32,000 nt of DNA from an uncultured archaeon. GTDB taxonomy: Archaea; Asgardarchaeota; Thorarchaeia; Thorarchaeales; CAZPUN01. Numbering within the stretch: the stretch's first letter is position 1; every line of letters starts with the position of its first letter. Positions 9,206 through 18,530 of this stretch are shown here, in pieces. The DNA lies in NCBI GenBank assembly GCA_964589775.1, contig CAZPUN010000059.1, positions 1 through 32,000 on the forward strand, written 5' to 3'. The position numbers and the translations under genes are program-made. The notes under the pieces were generated by a model. It did no database searches. It was not told the origin of the DNA and saw nothing but the letters and a program-made list of their open reading frames with translations.

Positions 9206-10105
9206 TCATTTGCGTAATTCATTAAAAATCCAGTCTGCAATCCGTTCAGAAATTGAAAAGTCGGATACAGTCTGAAGACCACGCCAGCCGGGCGTACTAT
9301 TCACTTCCAAAGTGTACAAAGTTCCATTAGGATCCGGAATTAAATCAATTCCACCGAAATCTATTTTTGCAATTTTTGCTACCTTTTCAGGAATTCCTTC
9401 AAGGTCTATATCGTTTTTTTCAGGAATACCGCCCACATGAATGTTAGTGCGAAAATCTTCAGAAGGTGAGAAACGTTTCATTGAGGAAATCACATTATCG
9501 CCTAGAACGAATGCACGAATATCGAAATCAGATTTAATATATTGTTGAAGAATTAATGGGCCATTCCCATACAAATAGCTTTCATGCTTTAGCAAATCTA
9601 GTAAATAATCACGGTCCATCTCGGTAACTAATCTAACGCCTTTACCGCCGTATCCATAAATTGGCTTTAGAACAAAAGGAATTATTTTCTCTGCGATCTT
9701 AAATGCTTCTTCAATACTTTCAGTTACATAAGTTTCTGGGATTTTTATACCGTTCCGAGCTAATTCGAGCAGCATTTCAGCTTTATTTTTTGTCAATTCA
9801 AGAGCATATGTAGAATTAACCACACGAATTCCATGCTCTTCGGCTTCTCTAAGAATAAAACTTCGATACATTAGTTGACTAACTGAAAATGTATAAAATC
9901 CAAGGACAAAAATCATTTCATAAGAAAAGAGATCATCAGAGCCATATTTCGAGCTAGAAACATTTTTGGAATTATCTATATGCTTCATAATTTTCCAAAT
10001 AGGAATAATTTTTGATTCGATACCGCGCTTTTTCAGAGCATTGAGAAGCTCATAATTTCTTGATGCAGTGGGATTGGAAATTAACAGTCCAACACGATAG
10101 GTCAT
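9206..10105 (-). CDS. RimK/LysX/MptN-family ATP-grasp amino-acid ligase
   Basis: VVNS..A....NK, IPET, VLKPIYGYGGKGV, ILQQYI, DIRAFVLG, FRTNIHVGG, GIDLI, LEVNSTPGW. Confidence 0.9.
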   Translation of the reverse strand: MTYRVGLLISNPTASRNYELLNALKKRGIESKIIPIWKIMKHIDNSKNVSSSKYGSDDLFSYEMIFVLGFYTFSVSQLMYRSFILREAEEHGIRVVNSTYALELTKNKAEMLLELARNGIKIPETYVTESIEEAFKIAEKIIPFVLKPIYGYGGKGVRLVTEMDRDYLLDLLKHESYLYGNGPLILQQYIKSDFDIRAFVLGDNVISSMKRFSPSEDFRTNIHVGGIPEKNDIDLEGIPEKVAKIAKIDFGGIDLIPDPNGTLYTLEVNSTPGWRGLQTVSDFSISERIADWIFNELRK

Positions 10106-10365
10106 ATTAGGTCATCTATATTAAGTTACAATATTTAAGATAAATAGATTTGGCTTTCTACAAAAGGTATTTATCAACAACATATTTTTATTCTAATAAT
10201 TCATGAATGAAAAACAATAAATCTATAAGATGAAAACAGATACGAAAAGTTATTTAAGTAAGTATCCGTGATTCATCGGTAGAGCCTGAGGTTAACTCAA
10301 GAAAAATATAATGAAAAATGAGTAAGCTGCAGGGAATAAACACCCATAGCATGAGGTTGTTGCAC

Positions 10366-12243
10366 ATGAACAATCGAAGAAGATTCATGATTATCGCTCT
10401 TACATTTATGTTGGTCGGATTGACCGTATTCTCAAATCCCACAATCGTTACTGTTCAAAAGACAAGTCTAATCAATAAAAGCCGTACAAATGCAGGACTA
10501 CAATTTAGTGTAATTGTACATTCTGCAAATTATGACGGCGATATGGATGATGATGATTTTTACTTTAAAGTAATGAATGGGACTCAACCATTATATAATG
10601 CAAATGTAACCATTCAATATCTGAATGGCACAAATTACTCCTGGCAACCCACGCCAGTTACAGGTATTGTAATCTTTTATGATGTCCCACAAGAAACTTA
10701 CCGCTACTTAATTTACTTTGAGAACACATTATACGCAAATGATACAATTACATCTGATGGCCCCCATTATTCAGTACATCTAAAAGTCGGAAATATAGAC
10801 TGGCAAGACAATAATGACGATGCATTATATACGGTACTTGATGAAGCTCAAAGACCAGTATCAGGTCTTAATATTACAATATTTGACAATACCACCGATG
10901 CGGTTGTCGCTAGCAGCTTAACAAACTCAAGTGGTATTGCCTATTTTGAAAATCTTGCAGATGGTGCCTATAAATGGAATGCAACAATTCCTGTAAATAC
11001 ATACGCTGGAACACAACAAGCTAATGGAACATTTGTTGCAGATGGCACAAAACAACTTGTTAGACTTTCTATTGCAAGATATGCGGGAAATTACGATTTA
11101 CTTGATTTTGAATTCTTTGTATATTATGAATCATCCCTACATAGCATAAGTGGTGCAACGATTACAATCACCTACAAGAACGGAACGGCATACAAGACAA
11201 ATACAACAAATAGCAATGGTATAGCGCTATTTATTGATCCACCACGTACATTCCTTAATTGGACCGCTACTGTTTCAAGCACAGATATTGCTACAGGTTA
11301 TGTTAACCTGACAGATTCAAAATATGACTTCGAACCCCCACAAATCGAAAGCGTGGGCAATTATTCATATGTATATGAAAGCGCAAACCAAACATTAAGT
11401 TGGAATGTAACAGATGCATTTCCAGATCAGTACTTGGTATTCTTAGGTAAAGATTTAGTTGCATCAGGGAATTGGAATAATACTACACCAATTACTGTAA
11501 ATATCACCGGTTTAGATATCGGATATCATCAATACATGTTGTATGTAAATGATACAAATGGAAATTCCGCAACTGACAATGTCACGGTATTTGTACATAC
11601 GAATGACATTCCAAACATAACAGGCCCAGAAGACTTTAGCTTCACCTATGGAAACTTAAGTGCAAAAATAGTATGGAATACAAATGGAACATACAAAGCA
11701 AAATTCAACATTACTCGAAATGGTACAGTAATTGCATCTGGTGCTTGGAACTTTGAAAAGTATGAGCTTCCACTAAATGATCTAAAAGTTGGAGTTTATG
11801 AATTCGTATTATCTGTAAACGATACAAGTTACCATTCAGTTTCAGATAAAGTAATCGTAACAGTACTACCAGACACTGTATCGCCCACAATAACACATGC
11901 AAACGATGTGACCTATGCAAGAGGGACAATCAATAATTATATCACATGGAACGTAAGCGATGATTATCCAGGATTATACAATGTAACAATTGATGGAAAA
12001 ATGTGGGTAAATGGAACATGGACAAGTGGTCAATTACGAGTCAACATAGATGGATTAGGCGAAGGAGTACATACATTAGTCATTAGGATCTATGATAGGT
12101 ATGGAAATTATGCAGAAGATACCGTACAAATAACAGTAACAGTCAATAAATACGTACAGACACAGGATAAAATCCTGATGCTTATAGGCGCAGTATTTGC
12201 AATCTTTGCGGTCTATATAATCTGGAAGAAGAAGATGGAGTAA
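10366..12243 (+). CDS. Membrane-anchored cell-surface protein, probably N-glycosylated, with tandem beta-sandwich/Ig-like repeats
   Basis: Signal peptide MNNRRRFMIIALTFMLVGL with GAGGT RBS (ORF is open from 10318), many N-x-S/T sequons, repeated P.I...D..Y......I.W...D domains, C-terminal TM plus KKK. Confidence 0.85.
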   Translation: MNNRRRFMIIALTFMLVGLTVFSNPTIVTVQKTSLINKSRTNAGLQFSVIVHSANYDGDMDDDDFYFKVMNGTQPLYNANVTIQYLNGTNYSWQPTPVTGIVIFYDVPQETYRYLIYFENTLYANDTITSDGPHYSVHLKVGNIDWQDNNDDALYTVLDEAQRPVSGLNITIFDNTTDAVVASSLTNSSGIAYFENLADGAYKWNATIPVNTYAGTQQANGTFVADGTKQLVRLSIARYAGNYDLLDFEFFVYYESSLHSISGATITITYKNGTAYKTNTTNSNGIALFIDPPRTFLNWTATVSSTDIATGYVNLTDSKYDFEPPQIESVGNYSYVYESANQTLSWNVTDAFPDQYLVFLGKDLVASGNWNNTTPITVNITGLDIGYHQYMLYVNDTNGNSATDNVTVFVHTNDIPNITGPEDFSFTYGNLSAKIVWNTNGTYKAKFNITRNGTVIASGAWNFEKYELPLNDLKVGVYEFVLSVNDTSYHSVSDKVIVTVLPDTVSPTITHANDVTYARGTINNYITWNVSDDYPGLYNVTIDGKMWVNGTWTSGQLRVNIDGLGEGVHTLVIRIYDRYGNYAEDTVQITVTVNKYVQTQDKILMLIGAVFAIFAVYIIWKKKME

Positions 12244-12289
12244 CAAAACACTCCGTATCTCTTTTTATTATTTTTAGGAGGCACGTTTT

Positions 12290-13381
12290 GTGCTATATTT
12301 TATTGTCTTGACACAGAGATGTAATTTAAAATGCATATATTGTGGAAATGAACCACAAGAAGAATATGGACCGGAAAATGCAGAATTTTCAATTGAGGAC
12401 TTGAAGAAATTTATATCTCAAGATCCCGAAGCAAACATTGAATTTTATGGCGGAGAACCTCTTCTAAATATACCACTTATGTTAAAAATTATGGATGAAG
12501 TCCCAGCAAATCATTATATGATTCAAACAAATGCAACGATATTAAGACGTGTTCCACCAGAATATTTGAAAAGATTTGACGTCATATTAGCTTCAATCGA
12601 TGGACGCCCTGAAATAAATGATTATTATAGAGGTAAAGGTACATATAATCGCGTTTTAGATAATTTGAGATATGCACGATCTGTTGGATTTAAGGGAGAC
12701 TTAATTGCTCGAATGGCAGTTTCTGAACATAGTTCAATTTATGATGAAGTTATCCACTTATTAAGCTTAGATGATCCCAAATTTGATCATGTCCATTGGC
12801 AATTAGATGTAGAATGGAGTTATCCAATGGAATTAACATGGAAAGACTTTGATGGCTGGGTTAATAATAATTATAATCCAGGCATTACAAAACTAATTGA
12901 TTTTTGGATTTCACACATGAAAAAAGGAGAAGTTCTAGGTATTGTACCATTTCAGAACATAATGCAATCTCTAATTACAGGGGAAAAAGCTCATCTACGT
13001 TGTGGCTCAGGAATTGATTCGTTTACAATAACAACGAACGGAAAAATTACCGCATGCCCGATCTTACCTGCTAATGAGATTTCAAATCTTGGAGATATAA
13101 GAACTACTTTCTATTTAGATCTGCCCGGAAAGGAAAGTATTGGGGAACCATGCCTTAGTTGTGACATTTACGACATTTGTGGTGGCAGATGCTTATATGC
13201 AAATAAAACAAAATTATGGGGTGAAGAAGGCTTCTTAAAAGTATGTAAAACTGTACGACATCTAATTAATGAATTAAAGCGAGTAAAGCCCATAGTAGAA
13301 GAACTGCTGAACACACAAATAATCGATAAAGAGGATCTATTTTATCCACCGTATAACAATGGATGTGAAATAATTCCATAG
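12290..13381 (+). CDS. Radical SAM/SPASM protein (archaeal AF0577/TIGR04084-like putative peptide-modifying family)
   Basis: CNLKCIYC, FYGGEPLL, IQTN, SIDG, HVHWQLD, SPASM CGSG...C.....C..C..C...CGGRC, terminal EIIP. AGGAGG RBS. Confidence 0.85.
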   Translation: MLYFIVLTQRCNLKCIYCGNEPQEEYGPENAEFSIEDLKKFISQDPEANIEFYGGEPLLNIPLMLKIMDEVPANHYMIQTNATILRRVPPEYLKRFDVILASIDGRPEINDYYRGKGTYNRVLDNLRYARSVGFKGDLIARMAVSEHSSIYDEVIHLLSLDDPKFDHVHWQLDVEWSYPMELTWKDFDGWVNNNYNPGITKLIDFWISHMKKGEVLGIVPFQNIMQSLITGEKAHLRCGSGIDSFTITTNGKITACPILPANEISNLGDIRTTFYLDLPGKESIGEPCLSCDIYDICGGRCLYANKTKLWGEEGFLKVCKTVRHLINELKRVKPIVEELLNTQIIDKEDLFYPPYNNGCEIIP

Positions 13382-13515
13382 TATCTCATTCTATTTTTTA
13401 TTGAAAATTGAACATATAAAGAGAAACCTTGTATATCACAGAGAAATACTGAAATTAAAAAGTTCAGTTTTAACATATCGAATGAAGATAAATTTAGAAA
13501 AAGGAACGTGAGATT

Positions 13516-14790
13516 TTGAAAAGTATTGTAAAAGACATGGGTCTTGCAAAAGAGGGTAAAAAGCGAATCGAATGGGTCGAAACATTCATGCCAGTTTTGA
13601 AGGAAATCGGTAAAGAACTAAAGGAAAGTGGAGTTGTAAAAGGGAAAAAAATTGCAATGTGCATACATTTAGAACCAAAAACATGTGTTCTAGCAAAAGT
13701 TCTACACGAAGCGGGTGCGGAGGTGTGCATGACAGGATGCAATCCATTATCGGTACAAGATTCAGCAGCTGCAGCCGCAACAGAATTCGCTACAGTTTTT
13801 GCGTGGAGAGGCATGACTACGGAAGAATATTATGAAAATATAGATAGAATGCTAGAATGGGAGCCAGATGTATTAATTGATGATGGCGCAGATGCAATAT
13901 GGCGAATTCATGAGAAATATCCAGAACTAGCAAAGAAAATATTTGGTGCATCTGAAGAAACAACCACAGGTGTAAACCGATTACGGGCAATGGAAGAAAA
14001 AGGAATTCTAAAGTTCCCAGTAATTGCAGTAAATGATTCAAATATGAAGTATTTATTTGATAATAGATATGGTACAGGAGAATCAGCATTATATGGTTTT
14101 CTAAATGCAACTAATCTAACAATACGCGGTAAAAAAGTAGTCGTAGCGGGTTTTGGTTGGGTAGGAAGAGGAATTGCAAAAAACATGAGAGCCCTCGGTG
14201 CAAGAGTTACTATTACAGAAGTAGATCCGGTTAGAGCAGTTGAAGCCTATTTTGAAGGCTTTGATGTTAAAAAAATGAGGGATGCTATTACAGATGCAGA
14301 TATAATTATTACCGCAACAGGCGTAAAGGATATCGTAACAAGAGAACATTTTGAAAAAGCAAAAAATGGAGCAATCTTCTGCAATGCCGGGCATTTTAAT
14401 AATGAAGTCAATCTGGAAGATCTGGATAGCATAACAGATAGTAAAGAAGATATAAGATACTTTGGAGAACCTTACAATTCATATCTCATTAGAAAATATT
14501 CATTAAAAAACGGAAAGACAATATTTGTGATTGGCGAGGGCAGACTTGTCAATCTTGTTGCAGGACAAGGGCACGCAACAGAATATATGGATCTAAGTTT
14601 TGCAATGCAAGCATTGGCAGTTAAACAACTAATTCAAGATCATACCAAATTAGAAGCAAAAGTATACAATATACCAAAAGAACTTGATGACAAGGTCGCA
14701 CTAATAAAGCTAAAAGCTGCAGGCTGTGATATTGACAATCTCACAGAAGAGCAGATTAAATACATAAACGATTTTGCAGAAGGAACTTGA
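13516..14790 (+). CDS. ahcY: Adenosylhomocysteinase (SAH hydrolase)
   Basis: HLEPKT, CNPLSVQD, IDDGAD, SEETTTGVNRL, KYLFDNRYGTG, GFGWVGRG, NAGHF, GRLVNL..GQGH...MDLSF. Confidence 0.96.
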   Translation: MKSIVKDMGLAKEGKKRIEWVETFMPVLKEIGKELKESGVVKGKKIAMCIHLEPKTCVLAKVLHEAGAEVCMTGCNPLSVQDSAAAAATEFATVFAWRGMTTEEYYENIDRMLEWEPDVLIDDGADAIWRIHEKYPELAKKIFGASEETTTGVNRLRAMEEKGILKFPVIAVNDSNMKYLFDNRYGTGESALYGFLNATNLTIRGKKVVVAGFGWVGRGIAKNMRALGARVTITEVDPVRAVEAYFEGFDVKKMRDAITDADIIITATGVKDIVTREHFEKAKNGAIFCNAGHFNNEVNLEDLDSITDSKEDIRYFGEPYNSYLIRKYSLKNGKTIFVIGEGRLVNLVAGQGHATEYMDLSFAMQALAVKQLIQDHTKLEAKVYNIPKELDDKVALIKLKAAGCDIDNLTEEQIKYINDFAEGT

Positions 14791-14796
14791 TTTTAT

Positions 14797-16737
14797 TTAT
14801 ATCTTTTTTATTTTTACAGTCGTAGAATTATACGTAGAAGAACCACCATACGCTTCTACAAAATCACTCGTCAGAAAATTCACATTTGTGCCATCCAATG
14901 CTTTTGCCCATGGAGATGAAAATAGAACAACACAACGACGCGGAATGTCTGTAGATATCCTAACTTTGCGATTTAAGCTACCAAATTCATTGTATATCTC
15001 AATAATGGAACCATTTTCAATATCAAGGGCCTGAGCATCTTCAGGATTCATAAGTGCAAATTCTTCCCAATCAGAGCTAAAATATTGTGAATGCAAAAGC
15101 ATTTGGTGAAGAGGCGACAATAATTGAAAATCATTAAACTCAAAGTTGTTCCATTCAGGTAATTCGCTGATATCCTTTCGAGAAGTTTGAGCGAACTCGA
15201 TTTTCCCAGTGGGCGTCGGATAAATATCCAATCTTCGCTCAGGCAATCCAACAAACCCTTTTTCATATAATTCAGAAATCGAAATATTAAGCCCACTTCT
15301 GCGAATTATCTCATGAATTATATGATCTTCATCTTCATAAATTTCAGATTGTGTTATATTCATTGCACGTCCGAGTCTTCGCATGAGTTCAAGATTACTG
15401 ATTGCCTCACCAAGAGGTTCTATTGCCTTCTGATTTATATTGAGGTATCTATGGTAATACGATACATTTACATCTTTATGCTCAAAAAATGTAGTAGCAG
15501 GAAGAACAATATCTGCAAAGTCAGCGGTATCAGTTTTAAATATATCATGAACCACAATGAATATATCCTTCTCTATGATTTGATTTCGAATTAGATTTTG
15601 GTTTGGCATTGTTGCAAGAGGGTTCGCATTAAACACAAACATCATTTTAATTTTATTTTCTTGAAGTACTTTACCAAGAGGAACCATATTATACCATTTT
15701 TGTTTTTTAGCAAGGTGCCGAGCTTCTAAATAATTAATATCAAGCGGAAAATAGCTATTACCATAAATAAAACCACGAGGAATACCGATAAGTGCAGGAA
15801 GAAATGAAATAGCACGAACAATATCGCCACCATTTTTACGTCTTTGAAGACCATAACCAATGTGGATTACACTTGGCTTCAATTTAGAATAGTCAATAGC
15901 AAAATTTTCAATAACTTTAGCGGGAACACCAGTTTTGGAGCTTACAAAATCCAGACCGAACTCTTTTACATATTCTTTAAATTTATCAAATCCGTGTACA
16001 TAATTCTTTACAAACTCATAGTCATATAATTCATTTTCAATGAGATAATTCGCGATCCCTAAAGCAAATAGGGTGTCACTGCCAGGTACTGGCGCTATAT
16101 GATTCTCACTTTTTGCGGTTTCAGTCCGGACTGGATCAATCACATAGATTTTTGCGCCCCTTCGTTTTGCAAGTTTAGCAAGCGAATATCCGTGAATATT
16201 AGTCCATTTGGGATTTATACCCCAATAAACAATTAGTTTCATATTGGGCAAATTATCAGGATTTATGCCTTGATTGCTTCCATAGACCATATTTAGCGCT
16301 TCAGAACCAGCCATATCACAAACAGTCCAAGCTATTCGTGAAAAACCGAGAAGATTTACCAAACGAAATGGTACAAAGCGAGATAAAAGTCCCATATTTC
16401 CAGCATACGCATATGTCAAAATAGATGAGGGTGAGTGTTTGGTAACTATTTCATTAATTTTTTTTACTATAATATCGATTGCATTGTTCCATGAGATACG
16501 GCTGAATTCACCACTACCTCGAGAACCTACGCGTTTAAGGGGATATAAAATTCGATTCTTATCATAAATATAGTTTTCATAATTTACACATTTACGACAC
16601 AATGCACCACGCGTTATAGGATGCTTTTTGTTCCCACGAACTTTTAATACATACCCATTTTTTACAGTGGATATTAAAGCGCATGTATCATAGCAATCTC
16701 GGGGGCATGCATTGTAAACAAGTTTCAATCCATCCAT
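14797..16737 (-). CDS. Molybdopterin/tungstopterin oxidoreductase (DMSO-reductase superfamily), single cytoplasmic catalytic subunit
   Basis: N-terminal CPRDCYDTC...C Fe-S motif, RILYPLKRVG.RG.GEF.RISW, TVCD (Cys ligand), VHDIFKTDTADFADIVLPATT, C-terminal MNPEDA molydop-binding domain. No Tat signal. Confidence 0.9.
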   Translation of the reverse strand: MDGLKLVYNACPRDCYDTCALISTVKNGYVLKVRGNKKHPITRGALCRKCVNYENYIYDKNRILYPLKRVGSRGSGEFSRISWNNAIDIIVKKINEIVTKHSPSSILTYAYAGNMGLLSRFVPFRLVNLLGFSRIAWTVCDMAGSEALNMVYGSNQGINPDNLPNMKLIVYWGINPKWTNIHGYSLAKLAKRRGAKIYVIDPVRTETAKSENHIAPVPGSDTLFALGIANYLIENELYDYEFVKNYVHGFDKFKEYVKEFGLDFVSSKTGVPAKVIENFAIDYSKLKPSVIHIGYGLQRRKNGGDIVRAISFLPALIGIPRGFIYGNSYFPLDINYLEARHLAKKQKWYNMVPLGKVLQENKIKMMFVFNANPLATMPNQNLIRNQIIEKDIFIVVHDIFKTDTADFADIVLPATTFFEHKDVNVSYYHRYLNINQKAIEPLGEAISNLELMRRLGRAMNITQSEIYEDEDHIIHEIIRRSGLNISISELYEKGFVGLPERRLDIYPTPTGKIEFAQTSRKDISELPEWNNFEFNDFQLLSPLHQMLLHSQYFSSDWEEFALMNPEDAQALDIENGSIIEIYNEFGSLNRKVRISTDIPRRCVVLFSSPWAKALDGTNVNFLTSDFVEAYGGSSTYNSTTVKIKKI

Positions 16738-16764
16738 AACAGATCACATTGAGTTGAATTAAAT

Positions 16765-17121
16765 TTAATGCTTTTTCTTTTCAATGAATTTTTGTACATT
16801 TTCTTTAATTTTCTCTTCAAGAATATAAAACTCTTCAGGCGTCATTTCTACAGGATACTTCCGATTCATCTGATATTTTCCAATTACTTTAACTGTAACA
16901 CTATGGGACCCCTTTTTCGAAAAGAAATCACGTAGAGCAGAAATAATTGGAATTAAAATACCAGAGGGTAATTTTCTAGCAAGTAATTCTTGAAAATCAT
17001 GACAATCAATTCTAATTAAAGTCTCACTATCCTCACTAAATACTTCAATTTCCATCTGTTTTCCAGCATCAGAAGGGCCCAGAATAGAATCATCAATTAC
17101 AACCGTCCCAAGTTTCTGCAT
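16765..17121 (-). CDS. Hypothetical soluble protein
   Basis: 118-aa ORF with AGGAG RBS, co-oriented within a compact minus-strand run. Confidence 0.75.
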   Translation of the reverse strand: MQKLGTVVIDDSILGPSDAGKQMEIEVFSEDSETLIRIDCHDFQELLARKLPSGILIPIISALRDFFSKKGSHSVTVKVIGKYQMNRKYPVEMTPEEFYILEEKIKENVQKFIEKKKH

Positions 17122-17164
17122 TCTCTATCGCTCCTTAAATAAATTAAATGCTGCAAACCGCAGC

Positions 17165-18349
17165 TCATTGAACAACTATATTTTTAGCTTGTTCATACTC
17201 CCCTATAAATTTGTTCCACGACTGGAGGAAGCTTTGAAATCGCTTATAAATATATTCCAAATTCGAAAGAACTTCATATGTTACTTTTGTTTCTATATGA
17301 ATATTAACTAATGAAAAATTATCCACATCAGATAATTCATTTATGCCAACAATTGTAAGTGCATAGCATTCTTGAGGCGTTAATGTCTTGATCTTGAAGA
17401 TCGGAACATGCTGAATTTCACTAAGAGTTCTTAGTTTAATATTGGGCCATAGAGTATCCAGAATAAAATTAATATCAGGCCGAAATGTTGCAGGAATTTT
17501 AGATTCATAAGTTAATAGCTCAGTACTATGACTGAGTATAATTGCATAATCAAACATAGCGAATAATGTTAAGATTACTAGAACAAGCGATGTATAGACA
17601 ATATATTGAACAACCATTGTAAGATTTATGGCTCCATAAATAGAGAGTATTGTCAATGAAATGAATGCTACATATGAAATAAACGCTATACCGATTCCAT
17701 AGATTACAAATATAAACTTGAAAAAGTTAAGCGGAAAATACGACCTTTCTTTAAATAAAATATGATAGAAATATAACTTGAATTTAGTTTTTGTATTATC
17801 TTCAGCTAATTTAGCCATAATATCAGGCACTTTTACAAAAGAAATTTCAGCAGCAATTACTAATAGTAACAAAGGTATGATTTCGGTATCAGGAATTAGT
17901 AATTCGGAATATAATAGCCAATTGAAAAACTTACCCAATGAAAAACCAATTATCAAATATTGAACGATTGAAACACTCTTTTGATATGAATCTTTTTCAG
18001 AATCTGTAATACTTGAAATAAACAAATATACAAAAATCATAATTGTAAATGCATAGATCATTGCAGAAATTTGGCTCATACTAGAGTAAGAATTGTAAAA
18101 TTCGAATATGATAAATGGTAATACAATAGACAACAAAAATACACCGAGAATAGGCATGAATCTAGTACGCACTCGATGTATGCGATTTTCTTCGTTCAAA
18201 CTACCTAAAACCATTACAAAACGGTCACCAAATACGGTATATGCGCTATTAAATAATTCATGAAGAAAACGATCCGTCAAATTGCAAACATAATAAATCC
18301 ACAATAACGCAATAATACTACTAATAAACCACATTAGGTCATAAGCCAA
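17165..18349 (-). CDS. Hypothetical polytopic membrane protein with a soluble C-terminal domain
   Basis: ~7 hydrophobic segments, then ~120 polar residues. GGTGA RBS before the TTG start. Confidence 0.75.
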   Translation of the reverse strand: MAYDLMWFISSIIALLWIYYVCNLTDRFLHELFNSAYTVFGDRFVMVLGSLNEENRIHRVRTRFMPILGVFLLSIVLPFIIFEFYNSYSSMSQISAMIYAFTIMIFVYLFISSITDSEKDSYQKSVSIVQYLIIGFSLGKFFNWLLYSELLIPDTEIIPLLLLVIAAEISFVKVPDIMAKLAEDNTKTKFKLYFYHILFKERSYFPLNFFKFIFVIYGIGIAFISYVAFISLTILSIYGAINLTMVVQYIVYTSLVLVILTLFAMFDYAIILSHSTELLTYESKIPATFRPDINFILDTLWPNIKLRTLSEIQHVPIFKIKTLTPQECYALTIVGINELSDVDNFSLVNIHIETKVTYEVLSNLEYIYKRFQSFLQSWNKFIGEYEQAKNIVVQ

Positions 18350-18530
18350 AATAATTTCACCTTTATTCTCTGCTCTACCCCTATTCGCAATAAATAATAT
18401 ACAAAATTCGCTTAAAATTCTGTCGAATTCCCAATAAAATTAAAGAGATGTTTTTCAGATAATATATTAGAATTATACACAAATATGTAGCATTTAAACG
18501 CATAACAAATTAAAAATGAGATGACGAAAC

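Noticed and set aside
10262-10350. Small hairpins upstream of the surface-protein gene (tgag/ctca, ggg/ccc, gct/agc)
   Set aside because: The stems are only 3-5 bp and partly conflict, so they cannot be distinguished from chance.
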